DNA from: a virus
Virus record (IMG/VR): IMGVR_UViG_3300043449_002204
Location: 1 to 64,000 of that record
Direction: 5' to 3' (one strand)
Length of the DNA: 64,000 nt
The notes beneath the pieces are model-generated. The model did no database searches. It worked only from the letters and a program-made list of their open reading frames with translations, and was not told the DNA's origin. This document shows positions 22,028 through 32,418 of this stretch, piece by piece; positions within the stretch are counted from its first letter, which is position 1, and every line of letters starts with the position of its first letter. Position numbers and translations under genes: made by a program.

Positions 22028-24997
22028 TTATACTGAAATATTGGACACACCACAATTTGTGCATCCACTTATTGTCAAATTGGTTAATATAAAGTCATCA
22101 ATTGCGTCTCCAACATAACACTTATCAATGCTATTTTTAGTTATAGTAGTACTAGTATTTAATGAAAGTGTGTCTCTATTAGTGTAACTAATCGATGACC
22201 ACGTTTCGGTTCTACCAGTCGTATATATTATTTTTTGTTGACAACCCGAATTTGTATTTAATGTAGTTCCTGTTTCAGACACTACAGTATTTGCACTGTA
22301 ATTAACAGAATTTTTCTTTAATAGTGTATTGTTATTAAATGTTGCAGCAGTTGTTGCCGGTGATGATTTAAAGTTACTAGTATGAATTAAATCAAATAAT
22401 ATTACAACCCCATCAGGTAAACTTGGTGTCACGTTTATTGTTGAAGTAAATTGTCTTGTTGTTACATTTTGTCCACTTCTAGGTGTGGTACTTGTTGTTT
22501 GAAGTGACACTTGGTAGATGGTTGGTCTTGCTGGTGCAATTAAAACTACTGATTGTGTATAAGTGCTTCCTGAAGAATCTTTTATTACCGTATTATACGT
22601 ACCAGGTCCTAACTTACTAAATAATGGTATACTTTTAAAAGTTAAACCCCCATCTATTGAATATTGATAAGGTGGGAATCCTCCCGAAGCCCTTAATGTA
22701 ATGTTCCCGTTATTAATAATTCCGTTATTTTCTGCGGTTGTAGTGGCACTTCTTGTTGATGAACCTGTTACATTAGAAACACAACTATCCCCTAAAATAT
22801 CCAAACAATTATTTGTTATGGTTCCACCTCCACTTGAACCTTGTAATGATTGACATGGTTCTTCGTAAACACCACCACTAACAGTTGTTCCAACCAGTCT
22901 ACAAATACATGCTCTTGAATTTATTCCAGTACCTCCCGGTACCGCAATTTGGGCCGGATTACCATCACAATCGGTATAAAACGCAGTACCAGGATAAGAT
23001 GATATTGTTCTCACCGCAATACATTCACATTGATTGGGTTCCGCCTCGATTCGTTCTGAATTATCCACAGGAGCATCTGTAAAGGGCACATTACCCGTTG
23101 AGGGATTATTAACAACAACTCCTCCAACTACCGGTTCACTTGTACAACAATTACCCAATAATTGTATAAAAGCAGTTCCCTCTGTTAAGGTAGGAGCGGT
23201 TTCGGAACATATTTCTAAAGAATTACCTCTGAAGTTTGTCCATCCGTAAGCCGCGGCTCTAATAGTTTCTAATAATCCAGTATCACAATTTATTATATTT
23301 AAAAACGTTAATGGTACCGTATCTTGGAAATTTGTTAAACTCCAATTAAAACATCCGCACCCAGCTGCGGGTCCTGAACTTGTTCCAGTATTAGTATTTC
23401 CACCCAAATTTGCATTTGCAGTTGTTGTAGGAGTACAATTACCGTTATATACAACTATATAATCACCAGGTTGTGAGCCAGGTTGTTGCCATCCTGAAAT
23501 AGGTGGAACTGCCGGATTTGTATTAATTACATTATAATAATAAGGATTAGTAGTAAAATTAACAGTCCATCTATTGTAAGTTGAATTCCAAGATAAAATA
23601 TATGACCCATTAGATGATTGCCATGATGGTTGACCATTTACCATTCCACTATAAAATAATGTTACAGTATTTTGTCTGACCTCATTACCTTCTTTACTTT
23701 GGGAATATGTTAGACATAAATTACCGTAAGAGGGGCATTCTCCCAAATTACCAGTAACATTACCATCCAAAATTTGTGTATTTGTAAATACCCAATCATC
23801 TATTGGTGGTATTGCAATATTGTAATTTTCAATTTTTCCTCCCACAACCGGTCCTCCAATTACCCACCCATTTGGTAAAATTGAAGTGCTCCAATTTATA
23901 TTGTAAGCACCTCCAACATATTGAGGCATACTATTAATAATAACTCCAGAATAAGTGAAATATTGTTGTATTGTTTGAGTTGGAGTACCAACTGACATAG
24001 TTAAACAAAATGATGGGTAATTTTCATCGGGAGTTGGTGTTATTGTCGGTGTAACAGTTGGTGTATTTGTTATTCTTGTTTCTGTAGGTATTGGAGTTGG
24101 AGCAGTTAATGTACATTGGGTATATGCCGTAAAATCACCATAAAAATCTACTACAGTAGAGCTATAAGTTCCAACCCCTAAGTTAGTTAAAAACATACCG
24201 TTGCCTCCCGTACTCCATGTTATTGAATATGGGGGTGTTCCTCCTGTAATTATCAAAGATAGAGTACCATCAGGAATTGTAGTTAAAGTAGGATTAGTAC
24301 CCGTACACTGTACTCCCATCGGGAATATCACGATTGGGTCACATTCATTTCTTTTTAAGATATTATCACCACATCTTGTATCTGAACTATAGTAAATGGT
24401 TGGTGTTGGAGTTGGAGTTACATAACATCCTTTAGTTGATGCAGTACATGATGTACAGTTTTGATAATTTTCATAGGTATATGGTATATCTTGATAGAGT
24501 ATGATACCACTAGGTAATCCTACTGAACTTACAACTGTAGTACAGGCAGAAACAGAACCAATACCAACATAATAAATTCCACCTAACTGAAAAATATTTG
24601 ATTCAGTTAAAATTCCAAAATAATCATCTTCGGGTCTATCTTGTTGTGGACAACAGTATTTAAAATATACATATTCTTGTTGTACAGGACATGGGTGAGC
24701 ATCTAAACATCCAGAAGTCGTAGGATAAATACCCGATATTGGGTTCAAACTAAAACTTGTGTACACCGGATATACCGGGGTCGTACCTGAGGATATAAAT
24801 TTAAAACATCCTGATATTTCTGATGGAGTTCCATTGCAGTTTGTAACACAATTTGTTATTTGAGTAAAATAAAAAGAATAACCTATAGAACTAGGTGCGA
24901 GACTTATGTTACCTTGAGCACCTGAAACTCCAATATAATTAGAATTAACACATTCTGCTGAAAAATTATAATATATTGTTGGTGTGGGTATTGCCAT
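22028..24997 (-). CDS. Cys-rich modular fibre/adhesin protein with two SprB-like repeats, a tandem duplicated domain and Cys modules shared with the giant + strand proteins
   Basis: SprB-like ITGGTPPYSITWSTG..LTNLGVGTY and ASGGFPPYQYSIDGG..LGPGTY. Duplicated CLT...YSG...W...PPIxxW...GxC. It also has CGC/CEC modules and short TP linkers. Confidence 0.75.
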   Translation of the reverse strand: MAIPTPTIYYNFSAECVNSNYIGVSGAQGNISLAPSSIGYSFYFTQITNCVTNCNGTPSEISGCFKFISSGTTPVYPVYTSFSLNPISGIYPTTSGCLDAHPCPVQQEYVYFKYCCPQQDRPEDDYFGILTESNIFQLGGIYYVGIGSVSACTTVVSSVGLPSGIILYQDIPYTYENYQNCTSCTASTKGCYVTPTPTPTIYYSSDTRCGDNILKRNECDPIVIFPMGVQCTGTNPTLTTIPDGTLSLIITGGTPPYSITWSTGGNGMFLTNLGVGTYSSTVVDFYGDFTAYTQCTLTAPTPIPTETRITNTPTVTPTITPTPDENYPSFCLTMSVGTPTQTIQQYFTYSGVIINSMPQYVGGAYNINWSTSILPNGWVIGGPVVGGKIENYNIAIPPIDDWVFTNTQILDGNVTGNLGECPSYGNLCLTYSQSKEGNEVRQNTVTLFYSGMVNGQPSWQSSNGSYILSWNSTYNRWTVNFTTNPYYYNVINTNPAVPPISGWQQPGSQPGDYIVVYNGNCTPTTTANANLGGNTNTGTSSGPAAGCGCFNWSLTNFQDTVPLTFLNIINCDTGLLETIRAAAYGWTNFRGNSLEICSETAPTLTEGTAFIQLLGNCCTSEPVVGGVVVNNPSTGNVPFTDAPVDNSERIEAEPNQCECIAVRTISSYPGTAFYTDCDGNPAQIAVPGGTGINSRACICRLVGTTVSGGVYEEPCQSLQGSSGGGTITNNCLDILGDSCVSNVTGSSTRSATTTAENNGIINNGNITLRASGGFPPYQYSIDGGLTFKSIPLFSKLGPGTYNTVIKDSSGSTYTQSVVLIAPARPTIYQVSLQTTSTTPRSGQNVTTRQFTSTINVTPSLPDGVVILFDLIHTSNFKSSPATTAATFNNNTLLKKNSVNYSANTVVSETGTTLNTNSGCQQKIIYTTGRTETWSSISYTNRDTLSLNTSTTITKNSIDKCYVGDAIDDFILTNLTISGCTNCGVSNISV

Positions 24998-25009
24998 TTT
25001 TTTATTTTA

Positions 25010-28000
25010 TTATATTTGATTTATACAACCCATGTTTAAATCCCCTCCTCCACCAACTGGTGTTGCAACATATATAATGATATCAACATACGTTGGTGAT
25101 GATAATGTTTTTGTGAATTGTAATTGGATATCAGTACTACATGCCTTAGCAGCTGGTGAAGGATAATTAGGTACAACACCTAATTGATTACCAACTGAAC
25201 CAAAAAGTCTTTGCGGGGTTAAAGGAGCCACATCGTTAGCGGTGAAGTTTAATTCTATCAATCCATTAGTAGTCCAGTTATTATTAGGGAACGCTGTTGT
25301 TGCATTTCCGGTTCCAGGTGTATAAATAAAACTATTCCACTGAGTAAATCCAATTATTTGATTAATTGATGCGTCTAAAGCCGCTTGTGTTTCATCACCA
25401 GTTAAGAATAATGAATCTGCAACTATATTATTGTTCCAAACTATTTGATATCTAGTGTTAATGCCTCCATTTATTGTTAATAATGCGTTACCAGTTCCAG
25501 AACCTAATTCTACTCTTTGTGTGAAATACCCTCCTACTTCAGGTGTAGAAATGTTTACATAATTAGTACTGTCATCAATTCCGCATGGTAAGTTTGGCAG
25601 TTCAAATACAGGTTCAAAACAAGTATTAACTTGATATAAACTTAAAACTATTGATGCACCTCCTATTGAGCCAAACGGAATAACACCAAACGGTGATGAT
25701 AAGGTAATCTGATAAATATTAGCCGAAGAATCAACCAAATATACTAAACCACTAAACACTTCGGGGTTGAAGAATAATCCTGATGGGGTACCAACAACAA
25801 CAGGAGTTAAATTAAAAATATAGAAGGTCGTATAATCAACCGAATTTACTAACTTTAAATAATATTCAACGAATGGGGCATTCAAAGTATTTTGAATTAA
25901 AACATACAATGTTCCGTTATTGTCATTAACAATACTTCCAATAACCTCATCAAATAAGCTCAAATAAGACTTATTTGTTATCACCGGTGTTAGTGTTGAA
26001 ATGTCAATTTCAACAAACCTATGTGGTGTTACTTCAGTATTTGTTGTTATAAGTACGTTACCTGTTTTGACTCCAATCGCGGCTCCGATTGCAAAATTTA
26101 AATTATAAACTCTATTAAATACTGCGGTAAATGGGTTCAAAGTTATACTCCATTCTCTAATTGTTGTTGACCCTGCCGATGTTGTATAACCCCACATTTT
26201 ATCATTAGTAAATGCAATACTTAAAGAATCAAAATTATAACCATCAACACTAAGTACCGTACTAGTATCGGATGAATAAACGTAATTATACATCTGCAGG
26301 GATGAATCTATGTAAATCATATCACAACTATTAAATGATGGTCCAGGTATAGGTTCAATCTTACAAACACAAGAAATATCATAAGATATTTTAAAATCAA
26401 CTCTAATTTCTGCGTTACTTAATGATAATGCTTGGTCATTACAACTACTCTGAACTGTTATACTATTTTCGGTTGGGTTAATTATAACATTACCAATAAC
26501 TGAAAATGATTCTAACATGGATTCTATGGTGTCAAACCAAAGATTATCCGAAGGGTAATTACCCAAACTATTTGTTGTATAAAATTCTTGTTCTACCTCA
26601 TTACCATCTACCGTAACTACTGCAGTAAATATAGCTTCATTTAAAATACAGTTAGTCTCACCTGATGTTAAATCATAAAAACCCTCCAAAAACATTTGTT
26701 GAGGTTTTTTAAGTATTGTTAAACCTTCTGAAATAAATTCAGATTGACAATAGTTATAAATCTCATATCCTCCCTTATTATTATATCCTAATAATGTTAT
26801 TTCTCTACCTAATTGACATCCGTTTGCATCAGTTACTAAAACGGTATAAGTTCCGGCAGATAAATTAGTTAAATTAGTACCTGTTTGGCCATTAACATTA
26901 CTACTCCACATAATTTCATAAGGAGCAGGCCCTTCAGTAATATAAAGTTGTATAGTACCATTATTAAAACCTGTTAAATTTGTTCCAACTAATGAAAAAT
27001 CAACACTGTCAGTCGCATTAACAGTCACCGTTTGTATTTGAGAACAAGATTGAGCATCTGTAACCGTAACTTGATAAATCCCTGCAAATAAATTATTAAA
27101 CGTAACAGCAGTTTGAGTTGTGTTACTAATCGTTGGTTGTCCTGTAACTTGGTATGTAACAGGGTATGTGGCCCCGCTAGAGATTCTTAATGAGATTGAC
27201 CCATTACTTCCTTGACAGGTTGTTCCTGTTGTTGAAGTGGTTAATGTATATTTTTCAATATTATTAATCGTATATGTATTTGTAAAAATACAAGGTCCAT
27301 TGGCTATTGTTAGGGTATAGGTACCGGCGGATAACCCTTGGAATTGATTTGAAAAACCGTTAACCGTCTGTTGTATTGAGTTACCTGAAGGGTATGTTAG
27401 AGTATAAACAAATGGGGGTGAACCGCCTAATAAAGTTATCGGACTTAAAGCCCCTGATGAATTATTACAGGTAGAATTTACAACACCAACATTAAGAATT
27501 GTAAAACCATTAGGAGGTGTTAAAGCCTGTGATACTGTTGCAGTACATAATGCCGCATCGGTTACTGTTATTATATAATTATTTGAAGATAGGCCAGTTA
27601 GTGTAAATGTTTCACTAAATGTAATAAGGCTTTGTCCATTACTTCCTTGGTAGTAGTATGGTGCGGTTCCTCCAGTAACCACTACCGTAATTTGTCCATC
27701 GGCACCAAAGCAACTTGGCGTTACAGTAATAACTTCCGCAAATCCAACCTGTGGTACAGTTCCAACTATAACATTTTTAGATACTTGACATCCTGTTGAA
27801 TCTATAACCGTAACTGAGTAAATTCCACTAGTTAATCCAGATATTGATGACTGCAAACTCCCTGTATTCCAAGAATAACTATACGGTGCATAACCTGTTA
27901 ATCCTGTTATAAATACCTTACCAGCTCCATTTGTACACGTAGAATCATCAACAACATAGAATCCATAATCAAATTGTGTTGAGGGTTTAATAATACAACT

Positions 28001-28507
28001 TTCAGACCTACCCGTACACCCTCCGCCATCATTTACCGTAACATAATACGTCCCCGCAGATAAGTTATTAAACACAAAATCATCCTGAGTTGACGAACCC
28101 GAATTTATTAATCCTCTTGTAGTTTCATATAAGAAAAAATCAGTACTCTGTAAATTATTATCAGTTCTAGCGGTTAACGAACCGTTCGCCAAACCACATG
28201 TTGTGTTTATATGACTAGGTAATGACACACAAACTCCATCAGATATGATAACATTAACAACACTCTGTAAAGGTGTGGCACAACTATCAAAAAGAATAAA
28301 TGTATATGTATTAGGTGTTAAATTTGTTCTTGTAAACGCAGTGACACCGGCACCCAACGCAACCGGAATTGGGTCGTCAAATGGTGATAAAAATTGATAA
28401 TAATATGGTGGGGTGGTTCCGCTAATATTAATAGTAAAAGCACCCAATCCACTATTGGTACAATCACCACTTATCGATAAACCATATCTTAAAGAACAAA
28501 CTGCCAT
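25010..28507 (-). CDS. SprB-repeat fibre/adhesin protein: about seven SprB-like repeats, a docking-like domain, one propeller-like repeat and a C-terminal beta domain
   Basis: Repeated TC/SC..xG.I...TGG..PY.Y.W....xxL.AG.Y.VTVTDxxxC units in the N-terminal ~570 aa. The segment ~25610-26330 matches the propeller repeats of the 4033-aa protein (IREWSITLNPFTAVFNR). Confidence 0.8.
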   Translation of the reverse strand: MAVCSLRYGLSISGDCTNSGLGAFTINISGTTPPYYYQFLSPFDDPIPVALGAGVTAFTRTNLTPNTYTFILFDSCATPLQSVVNVIISDGVCVSLPSHINTTCGLANGSLTARTDNNLQSTDFFLYETTRGLINSGSSTQDDFVFNNLSAGTYYVTVNDGGGCTGRSESCIIKPSTQFDYGFYVVDDSTCTNGAGKVFITGLTGYAPYSYSWNTGSLQSSISGLTSGIYSVTVIDSTGCQVSKNVIVGTVPQVGFAEVITVTPSCFGADGQITVVVTGGTAPYYYQGSNGQSLITFSETFTLTGLSSNNYIITVTDAALCTATVSQALTPPNGFTILNVGVVNSTCNNSSGALSPITLLGGSPPFVYTLTYPSGNSIQQTVNGFSNQFQGLSAGTYTLTIANGPCIFTNTYTINNIEKYTLTTSTTGTTCQGSNGSISLRISSGATYPVTYQVTGQPTISNTTQTAVTFNNLFAGIYQVTVTDAQSCSQIQTVTVNATDSVDFSLVGTNLTGFNNGTIQLYITEGPAPYEIMWSSNVNGQTGTNLTNLSAGTYTVLVTDANGCQLGREITLLGYNNKGGYEIYNYCQSEFISEGLTILKKPQQMFLEGFYDLTSGETNCILNEAIFTAVVTVDGNEVEQEFYTTNSLGNYPSDNLWFDTIESMLESFSVIGNVIINPTENSITVQSSCNDQALSLSNAEIRVDFKISYDISCVCKIEPIPGPSFNSCDMIYIDSSLQMYNYVYSSDTSTVLSVDGYNFDSLSIAFTNDKMWGYTTSAGSTTIREWSITLNPFTAVFNRVYNLNFAIGAAIGVKTGNVLITTNTEVTPHRFVEIDISTLTPVITNKSYLSLFDEVIGSIVNDNNGTLYVLIQNTLNAPFVEYYLKLVNSVDYTTFYIFNLTPVVVGTPSGLFFNPEVFSGLVYLVDSSANIYQITLSSPFGVIPFGSIGGASIVLSLYQVNTCFEPVFELPNLPCGIDDSTNYVNISTPEVGGYFTQRVELGSGTGNALLTINGGINTRYQIVWNNNIVADSLFLTGDETQAALDASINQIIGFTQWNSFIYTPGTGNATTAFPNNNWTTNGLIELNFTANDVAPLTPQRLFGSVGNQLGVVPNYPSPAAKACSTDIQLQFTKTLSSPTYVDIIIYVATPVGGGGDLNMGCINQI

Positions 28508-31500
28508 TAACTACAACTTATAGTAAAATCAATACCAACGTTTATTTCAAATATTATCCCACTACTATTTAAGGAACATACATTGTTTATTACAACAACT
28601 TTATCGTCATCTGTTAAATAGTAACCATATCCATAATTAGATAAAGATAACATAGCTTCATTTATTGCATTGTACCATTCAGAGTTAGATGGATAGCTTA
28701 AACCATCTAAATTATAACCAACACCAGTGTAAAATGGATATTGGATTAATAAAAGTCCGTTTAATCTAATATCCACATACCAAGTAGAATTTATACTATC
28801 CGAAATACAAGTATTAAAACTTAAATTATTATCACTTAAATACTTATTAACCAAATTTCCTAAAATAGCCGCAAAACTTTGTATTGTCGATGTTGGACTC
28901 CAAGGATATAAATTACAGGTGGCTGTTTGAACAGGGCAATCATCACTAAATATATTATCAGTTACCGTACAAGGTTTACAAGGTACCGCAACTAATTGAC
29001 AACCAGCTTGTCGTCTCCAAACATATTTCTGTCTGTGGAAAATTGAGTTTTCATATTTGACGCCAGTGTTCCACAATGTAGTTGCTGGTATCATTTGCTC
29101 AACTAATCTAATCCAATAATCACCCATACCCTGAACATACTCCATCATACTTTGATAGTTGTAATTATTGTTAGATATTCCAGCGATTTCTTCGGATTGT
29201 AGATATCTCCAGTAAATTGATTCTAAGGTTGGGTAGGACCCAAAGTATTGTCTGTTTCTAACATTGATTGTATTTTGCCAAAATGTTTGAGCAAACTCAA
29301 AAAATGTTTTTTGTCTAGGTTGTGGATTAATCTCAGTCCAGTCAACTCCATCTCTACTTGGATACATTGAATAAGGGTCCGGATTACATCTTGTGGGTTG
29401 TACCCAATTTAATCCTTGGTTTGGTATAGGATAATTATACTGACGAGACATCTCCCAGACATCGTATAATAAACCTTGACCCGGATTCATAAATAAATCA
29501 ATATTCTTGGCATTAAGTACTAATTTTTCATTGTCCGCATAATAACGGGCATTAAAATTACCATCCAAGTTTTCTCTTAATCCAATCTCCGTATCTGTCC
29601 AACTTTTGTTATTATCAGGTGTTTGAGTTAATTTGAATCCCATATCCATGTACGGGAATTTTCTATACCTATCCAAATAAATTTGACCGTATGTGTAAGG
29701 TATCAAACTAGTTTGATAATTTGGATTACTACCTGTAAAAACACTTGTATTTAAATTAGGTTGAGCCGGTGACCTATGTTTTGGTGTTGATTCAAACCAA
29801 CCACTACCTATTTGGAAGAAATAATTTTCGGTGTCGTCAGGTGAAACAGGATACCCTTCATCGTCAACTGGGTAGGCTCCAGCACCAATATTAACATCAT
29901 CAATTATAAAATTAGTTGTAAACCCTGTGTATTGTACACCAAATATGGAAAATATATCAGTTGGGTCTAATACCGCCGATGATTCTAAATACGTACCACC
30001 TGATATATTAGCAAACTTTGTATTAAACTGACTTAACTTAATTTTTTGGTCTGCAACATACACATATTCATTAAAGTCAACCAAAGCATCAGGCGCTCCA
30101 ATTAATCTCATTAATACCTCAATCGCCTTTCTAGTCCCTTTAGATTTGAATAAAAAGGCGGCATTTAAACATAAATTCCTATAGTATTGATAATTTAATT
30201 GGTCCGGTGTTTGTTGTGTTGCAACACCCGTAAAGTTTGATTGGTCTGAATTTTTTTGTCCGAAAACAGAATCTAAAAATCCTGATTCTGTTATTGGTGA
30301 TATATCTGTATTAAATCCTAGTGTTTGGGCTAAATTCTTTAAAAGTTGTGATGGTATATCGTTTCCGATGTTATAGTTAACGGAATTCATAAAACCAAGT
30401 GCCGTAATATATTTCTTGGTTTCATCAAAACTCCTACCGTATATCTGTAAAATTTTTTCAACTTTGTGGCTATCCGTGTCAAAATCTTTAAATGCACCAG
30501 TAACCAAAAATCTACTTACCAAATTAGTTAGATACCCATCAAAATTACTACTCGCTTCGCCAATAGTTTCTATGTAGTTTGTGAAGTTAGGAGTTCTAAT
30601 ATCTAAATTCCATTTACCATCTAAAGTCCATGTTATATTCTGTGTTGCAACATAAAATCTTCCGTCATTTGCTTCGAGCGGTACTTTAAAGGCTGCGGTA
30701 TAAATAGGACTAATGTTTCTATTTAATAAAAAGTTTTCTACCTCATCTAAATCTTCGTTAAATACTTTTTCAACTTGTTGGTCATTTGGTCGAATAATTA
30801 AAGAACTAAATGTTTCGGTTAAACCAGTAAATGGTTCTCCCTCTACATAAACTTTTAATACACCTGTGGATAAACTATCTGTAGGTATTATTCTTTTAAC
30901 GTTATACCCAACTCCGTTAACATATAGTGAATAATTCGCATATTCAACTGTCATATTTCTCAACTGTGAAACCTGCATTTCTTTTAATTGCAAATTTCTG
31001 GTAGCGTTTACGGTAAAATCAACCCCAAATGGGTTTCTCATTTTAGGAATTGATATTTCAAAACTTGTTTGATTATCAATTGGGTAATAAACTATATTAT
31101 ATGCGGTCGCACTATCCGTATAATCTAACCCTAATTTAGTAACTTCAATAGCCGCAGGAAACTTACTGATAATTGTTGTAATCGATGTTGACATTCTTTT
31201 TGACATCGAACCATACTGAACAAAATTAGTAATCTGAGATAAATCAAAATTTGGATATACTTTAAAATTATTTTCAAAAATTAATTTTGATTGGTCTACC
31301 GAACCTACACCTAACGAATCTAAACTTATCGGGTCTGAAAAAGTACCAGTATTAAAAGTTCTATTAACCTTTTCAACAACACCTGTGGTAAATTCAAAGT
31401 TTCCTTGCGTAAGTCCTCCACCCGAGGTTAATTGAAACCCTACGAGATTGTCGGAAAAACTACCTTGAGCGGATGCCTGTGGTGGACAAGTAAACTTTTT

Positions 31501-31509
31501 TATCGCCAT
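28507..31509 (-). CDS. Baseplate wedge-like protein (P2 gpI/T4 gp7-like core)
   Basis: LLKNLAQTLG and LFKSKGTRKAIEVLMRLIG motifs. It lies downstream of the gp25- and gp6-like genes and overlaps its neighbours at TAATG junctions. Confidence 0.55.
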   Translation of the reverse strand: MAIKKFTCPPQASAQGSFSDNLVGFQLTSGGGLTQGNFEFTTGVVEKVNRTFNTGTFSDPISLDSLGVGSVDQSKLIFENNFKVYPNFDLSQITNFVQYGSMSKRMSTSITTIISKFPAAIEVTKLGLDYTDSATAYNIVYYPIDNQTSFEISIPKMRNPFGVDFTVNATRNLQLKEMQVSQLRNMTVEYANYSLYVNGVGYNVKRIIPTDSLSTGVLKVYVEGEPFTGLTETFSSLIIRPNDQQVEKVFNEDLDEVENFLLNRNISPIYTAAFKVPLEANDGRFYVATQNITWTLDGKWNLDIRTPNFTNYIETIGEASSNFDGYLTNLVSRFLVTGAFKDFDTDSHKVEKILQIYGRSFDETKKYITALGFMNSVNYNIGNDIPSQLLKNLAQTLGFNTDISPITESGFLDSVFGQKNSDQSNFTGVATQQTPDQLNYQYYRNLCLNAAFLFKSKGTRKAIEVLMRLIGAPDALVDFNEYVYVADQKIKLSQFNTKFANISGGTYLESSAVLDPTDIFSIFGVQYTGFTTNFIIDDVNIGAGAYPVDDEGYPVSPDDTENYFFQIGSGWFESTPKHRSPAQPNLNTSVFTGSNPNYQTSLIPYTYGQIYLDRYRKFPYMDMGFKLTQTPDNNKSWTDTEIGLRENLDGNFNARYYADNEKLVLNAKNIDLFMNPGQGLLYDVWEMSRQYNYPIPNQGLNWVQPTRCNPDPYSMYPSRDGVDWTEINPQPRQKTFFEFAQTFWQNTINVRNRQYFGSYPTLESIYWRYLQSEEIAGISNNNYNYQSMMEYVQGMGDYWIRLVEQMIPATTLWNTGVKYENSIFHRQKYVWRRQAGCQLVAVPCKPCTVTDNIFSDDCPVQTATCNLYPWSPTSTIQSFAAILGNLVNKYLSDNNLSFNTCISDSINSTWYVDIRLNGLLLIQYPFYTGVGYNLDGLSYPSNSEWYNAINEAMLSLSNYGYGYYLTDDDKVVVINNVCSLNSSGIIFEINVGIDFTISCS

Positions 31510-32417
31510 TAAGATGTTATATTTGAGAAGTTTTTACTAAAATCAATATTATTACCTCTATCTTCCCTAACCTCAAACAACAACTCATTGAATTGGTCTC
31601 TAACTTCATATAAGTTGTATTGTTTGTAGATGTTATTGGATGTGTCATACATTGTGTATATACCATCATCGATAGATTTAGTTTGATTACCAAATAGAGC
31701 AATTGCAAGTGTTGAAAAGTCGTGTTCAGCAACTTCAACATCTAAGGTAATCGGATTAAAAAATGTATTTGTTACAATTATGTTTTGATTTGGTTGACCT
31801 ATATAAGGAACCGCATTTGGTTTGTTGGTTGGTGAAGATGATGGTGTTAGTGTACAGAATATCAAATTTGTATTCGTGTCTGTATACCTATATCTAATAG
31901 CCTTTTGTGATGAGTTTGTAAGATTTTGTATTACAGGTTCACAAAAGAACGATGAAGTAATAATTCTAAAAAAGTTTGGTATTTTTGTTCCGTCAGAGTT
32001 TAAATATTCAACCCTAAATCCAACTAAACCTTGATTAACAAATTTGTTTCTATATTGTGAAGGTACAGAATTTAAATCAATTATTAAACCCCTAACATTA
32101 GGTAGAGCGGATAAAACACCACAATCTAAAATAGTAGTCCTTATTTGGACCGGTCTGATATAAATTGTGTATATCCCTATTTTATTAAATGTATCTGAAG
32201 GTAGAGTTAGATTATACATACCTCCTAAGACTTCAATACCCGAATTACCACCTGTTTCATCATTACAAAAATACGGTTTTAAAATCGCAGCCGAGTCTAA
32301 TTTAGTTAATGTAAAATTATCTGTGTCGTCTCTCGAGGGTGTGTAATTTAGTATTATTTCCACATCTTCGGGGCTAACATCTGCTGGTCGTATAGTTCCG
32401 TAAGTTCCTGTTGCCAT
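31509..32417 (-). CDS. Hypothetical virion (baseplate region) protein
   Basis: 302-aa ORF translationally coupled within the tail operon. Confidence 0.7.
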   Translation of the reverse strand: MATGTYGTIRPADVSPEDVEIILNYTPSRDDTDNFTLTKLDSAAILKPYFCNDETGGNSGIEVLGGMYNLTLPSDTFNKIGIYTIYIRPVQIRTTILDCGVLSALPNVRGLIIDLNSVPSQYRNKFVNQGLVGFRVEYLNSDGTKIPNFFRIITSSFFCEPVIQNLTNSSQKAIRYRYTDTNTNLIFCTLTPSSSPTNKPNAVPYIGQPNQNIIVTNTFFNPITLDVEVAEHDFSTLAIALFGNQTKSIDDGIYTMYDTSNNIYKQYNLYEVRDQFNELLFEVREDRGNNIDFSKNFSNITS

Positions 32418-32418
32418 A

